Of a DNA stretch of 64,000 bases, positions 61,165-64,000 are shown in pieces. Numbering within the stretch: position 1 is the first letter of the stretch; the number at the start of each line of letters is the position of its first letter. The notes under the pieces are model-generated. The model searched no databases. It was not told the origin of the DNA and saw only the letters and a program-made list of their open reading frames with translations. Location of the stretch: sequence record DRR378314_1401; one strand, 5' to 3'. The position numbers and the translations under genes were made by a program.

Positions 61165-61611
61165 GTGGATTTAATAAGCGACTATTATCTCTGGATCAAA
61201 GCGCTGCATATCATGTCGGTCATTGCATGGATGGCGGGGATGTTCTATTTGCCGCGGCTTTATGTCTATCATGCCGACGCTGAAATCGGATCCGTGCAGT
61301 CAGAGACCTTCAAGGTGATGGAACGGCGGCTTTTGCGGGGGATCATAAATCCGGCGATGATCATGACATTCCTGTTCGGGGTGTTGCTGCTCAGTATTCC
61401 TGGAATTGTTGACTGGTCGTCCATATGGATCTGGGTGAAACTGGTGATGGTGTTTGTGATGGGCGGCTTTCATGGATCTTTGTCCAAGTGGCGGCGGCAG
61501 TTTGAAACCGATTCCAATACCAGATCTGCGAAATTTTATCGGTATGCTAATGAAATCCCGACCATTTTGATGATCATTATTGTCGTCATGGTCGTTGTAA
61601 AACCCTTTTAA
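61165..61611 (+). CDS. hemJ: Protoporphyrinogen oxidase HemJ
   Basis: KALHIMSVIAWMAGMFYLPRLYVYH, MERRL and NEIPT...VVKPF motifs. Confidence 0.96.
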   Translation: MDLISDYYLWIKALHIMSVIAWMAGMFYLPRLYVYHADAEIGSVQSETFKVMERRLLRGIINPAMIMTFLFGVLLLSIPGIVDWSSIWIWVKLVMVFVMGGFHGSLSKWRRQFETDSNTRSAKFYRYANEIPTILMIIIVVMVVVKPF

Positions 61612-61854
61612 TGTGATTTTTTTGGAATATTTGATCTTTTTTCATTTTAACCTGTTGACTTGCCAGCGCTATGCTGGCATTTCTCTTCCTCAACCGATGA
61701 CGTTCCAGTCACCGGGAATTGTTGTTTCAACCTAAACGGTTCCACCCAATAGAAACATCTTTATCGCTCGAAAATCAGCGCTTTCCTTACTGACTTACCG
61801 TAAGAATTCACCTTTCCTATATCATTCGTATCTAATTAATCTTCAGAGATTTAC

Positions 61855-63111
61855 ATGAATCTTCAAGAACTAAAAAAGAAATCCCCTCCTGAACTTCTTG
61901 CTGCTGCAGAAGCTTTAGACATTGAAAATGCCTCGACCATGCGCAAACAGGAACTGTTATTCGCTATTTTGAAACAAGAAGCTGATAACGGGGAAGAGAT
62001 CACCGGCGGCGGTGTTCTTGAAATTCTGCAGGACGGGTTTGGGTTTTTACGCTCACCAGAAGCCAACTATTTGGCGGGTCCTGATGATATTTATATCTCT
62101 CCCAGTCAAATTCGGAAATTTTCTCTTCGAACTGGCGATACAGTGGAAGGGGAAATTCGAAGCCCCAAGGACGGAGAGCGATATTTTGCACTTCTTAAAG
62201 TCCAAAAAATCAACTTCGAAGAACCTGAGCGAGCCCGCCACAAAATTAATTTTGACAACCTGACCCCCTTATACCCGGAAGAGCGGATACAGCTTGAAAC
62301 CCCGGATCCAACCAAAGAAATCAGCTCAGCCAGGGTCATTGACCTGGTCTCCCCACAAGGGAAAGGGCAGCGGGCCCTGATTGTGGCCCCGCCAAGAACC
62401 GGTAAAACCGTTCTCCTTCAAAATATCGCAAATTCCATCACCACCAATAATCCTGAAGTCTACCTGATTGTCCTGCTGATCGATGAACGGCCGGAAGAGG
62501 TGACGGATATGAAACGTTCTGTGAACGGTGAAGTGGTGTCTTCAACTTTTGATGAGCCGGCTTCGCGCCATGTGCAGGTTGCGGAAATGGTGATTGAGAA
62601 AGCCAAGCGCCTGGTCGAGCATAAACGCGATGTGGTGATCCTGCTGGATAGTATTACGCGTCTTGCCCGGGCCTATAACACGGTTGTCCCGTCCAGTGGT
62701 AAGGTTCTGACCGGTGGTGTTGATGCCAATGCCCTGCAACGTCCGAAACGCTTCTTTGGTGCTGCCCGGAATATCGAAGAAGGCGGATCGCTGACCATTG
62801 TGGCAACTGCGCTGATCGATACAGGTTCGCGCATGGATGAAGTGATCTTTGAAGAATTTAAAGGCACCGGTAACTCCGAGATTATTCTCGATCGGAAATT
62901 GTCTGATAAACGGGTCTTCCCAGCCATCGACATTACCAAATCCGGCACCCGGAAAGAGGAACTGCTGGTTGATAAACCGACCCTGCAGAAAATGTGGGTC
63001 TTGCGCCGTATTCTTAATCCAATGGGAACGACGGACGCCATGGAATTCCTGCTCGACAAGCTTCGCGGCAGTAAAACCAATGATGATTTCTTCGATAGCA
63101 TGAATACCTGA
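61855..63111 (+). CDS. rho: Transcription termination factor Rho
   Basis: [25 protein letters not shown] and [10 protein letters not shown] motifs. Confidence 0.99.
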   Translation: MNLQELKKKSPPELLAAAEALDIENASTMRKQELLFAILKQEADNGEEITGGGVLEILQDGFGFLRSPEANYLAGPDDIYISPSQIRKFSLRTGDTVEGEIRSPKDGERYFALLKVQKINFEEPERARHKINFDNLTPLYPEERIQLETPDPTKEISSARVIDLVSPQGKGQRALIVAPPRTGKTVLLQNIANSITTNNPEVYLIVLLIDERPEEVTDMKRSVNGEVVSSTFDEPASRHVQVAEMVIEKAKRLVEHKRDVVILLDSITRLARAYNTVVPSSGKVLTGGVDANALQRPKRFFGAARNIEEGGSLTIVATALIDTGSRMDEVIFEEFKGTGNSEIILDRKLSDKRVFPAIDITKSGTRKEELLVDKPTLQKMWVLRRILNPMGTTDAMEFLLDKLRGSKTNDDFFDSMNT

Positions 63112-63136
63112 TCTTTAGTGGCTATCTGGAATTCTC

Positions 63137-63169
63137 AAAGGCGCCAGCGCGATTAACTGGCGCCTTTTT
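63137..63169 (+). terminator. Intrinsic terminator after rho
   Basis: AAAGGCGCCAG...CTGGCGCCTTTTT. Confidence 0.85.
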
Positions 63170-63220
63170 ATTTGGAATTTCAATTCACTAGGCTATATCT
63201 CCTTTATGGGTTAAAAAATA

Positions 63221-63238
63221 TAATTACATATGTTATTA
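63221..63238. promoter_or_regulatory. Imperfect palindrome upstream of the antitoxin gene, probable autoregulatory operator
   Basis: TAATTACAT-ATGTTATTA (one mismatched pair), about 30 bp before the start. Confidence 0.5.
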
Positions 63239-63266
63239 CTAATTATGTCCTAGGTTTAGAGGAATA

Positions 63267-63518
63267 GTGAGCATGGTGAAAAAGGATCTCAAACCGTTCG
63301 AGACCAAACTTCGCAAAACCGGAAGCGCGGCCGGGGTGACCATCCCCGCAGAATTTCTGCGCCATCTTGGATATGAGATGGGCGATACATTGCGGGTCGC
63401 AGTTGACGGTGACGGTCTGGCTATTCGGAAAATCGATCCGACCCTTGATGATTTCATGGCCCTTTATGACCAGGTGGCTGTTCATTATCAGCCGGCCCTG
63501 AAACGCCTGTTCCGCTAA
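63267..63518 (+). CDS. AbrB/MazE/SpoVT family antitoxin (Doc-partner type)
   Basis: KLRKTGSAAGVTIPAEFLRHLGYEMGDTL swapped-hairpin motif; C-terminal helix ...HYQPALKRL. Start 63267 or 63273. Confidence 0.88.
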   Translation: MSMVKKDLKPFETKLRKTGSAAGVTIPAEFLRHLGYEMGDTLRVAVDGDGLAIRKIDPTLDDFMALYDQVAVHYQPALKRLFR

Positions 63519-63519
63519 G

Positions 63520-63936
63520 GTGGTCATGATGCATTTACCAACCCGTTCTGTTATTCGTGAAGTCTACCGCCGGCAACTTCGTCAGTTTGGATCGGAATCC
63601 GATCAGAAGCTAGAACTGGACGATGTCAAAATCGGCGCTGCTCTCGCCTGGCCAAGAATGATGGTGACGGCAAATAAGTCGGTGGATCTGTTTGAAGTTG
63701 TGACTTCCCTGTTTACAGGCGTGCTGACCGAACAACCGGCGGCAAAGGGAAACGCGTCTTTGGCGCTGGCCTTGGCCATGATCACGCTGCGCCGAAATGG
63801 ATTGATGCTGGATATCTCAAATGAGGAGGTGGCTGAGTTTTTCAATGATCTCGCGACCGAGCAACATAGCGAACAGTCCCTGAATCAGTTTTTTCAAAAA
63901 AATGCCATTCCCTTTGATTTTACATCGACTATTTAA
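63520..63936 (+). CDS. Doc/Fic-fold protein with degenerate catalytic motif
   Basis: Size and pattern (...RQFG...AALAWP...DLFEVV...LRRNG...SEQSL) follow Doc toxins, but HPFxDGNKR is replaced by QPAAKGNAS. Starts 1 nt after the antitoxin. Confidence 0.72.
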   Translation: MVMMHLPTRSVIREVYRRQLRQFGSESDQKLELDDVKIGAALAWPRMMVTANKSVDLFEVVTSLFTGVLTEQPAAKGNASLALALAMITLRRNGLMLDISNEEVAEFFNDLATEQHSEQSLNQFFQKNAIPFDFTSTI

Positions 63937-64000
63937 CAAAAAGATCAGAGCAACAGTATCTGCTAAAATTTGCGATATTTAGGCTGAGAATTTTAGTAAC

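Overview
This 64 kb window is core chromosome from an alphaproteobacterium of about 50% GC (gene order is Rhodospirillales/Sneathiellales-like; the genus is inference only). It spans the replication origin region. Left to right: truncated ahcY, the PTS/ChvG-ChvI cluster and pckA; moeB-cysK-Rrf2-dut-coaBC-ubiB-ubiE; mutM, enoyl-CoA hydratase and rpsT; a rhodanese gene directly in front of dnaA, then dnaN-recF-gyrB; PBP1A, AidB-like dehydrogenase, MFS pump, phaZ and regB-regA. A roughly 9.4 kb accessory-looking block follows, between regA and mmcB. It holds an orphan YhdJ-like DNA methyltransferase, two paralogous VPLPA-CTERM surface proteins, a GT4 glycosyltransferase with ADP-heptose genes gmhA-hldE-hldD, DUF547, a LexA-boxed GFA gene and an unknown membrane protein. 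Then come smr/lutABC/mltA/Tim44, fxsA-secB, dnaQ-coaE-aroE-maf-ppsR, a DnaA-box-rich oriC next to hemE-hemH-hemJ-rho, and an AbrB-antitoxin/Doc-like pair whose toxin lacks the Fic catalytic motif. I saw no rRNA, tRNA, CRISPR array, IS or prophage. The best leads for new biology are the VPLPA/heptose block, the catalytically degenerate Doc module, the SOS-boxed GFA gene, the regA-coupled methyltransferase, rhodanese-dnaA coupling and a possible pseudoknot in the ahcY leader. All calls come from reading the sequence by eye; no database searches were run.
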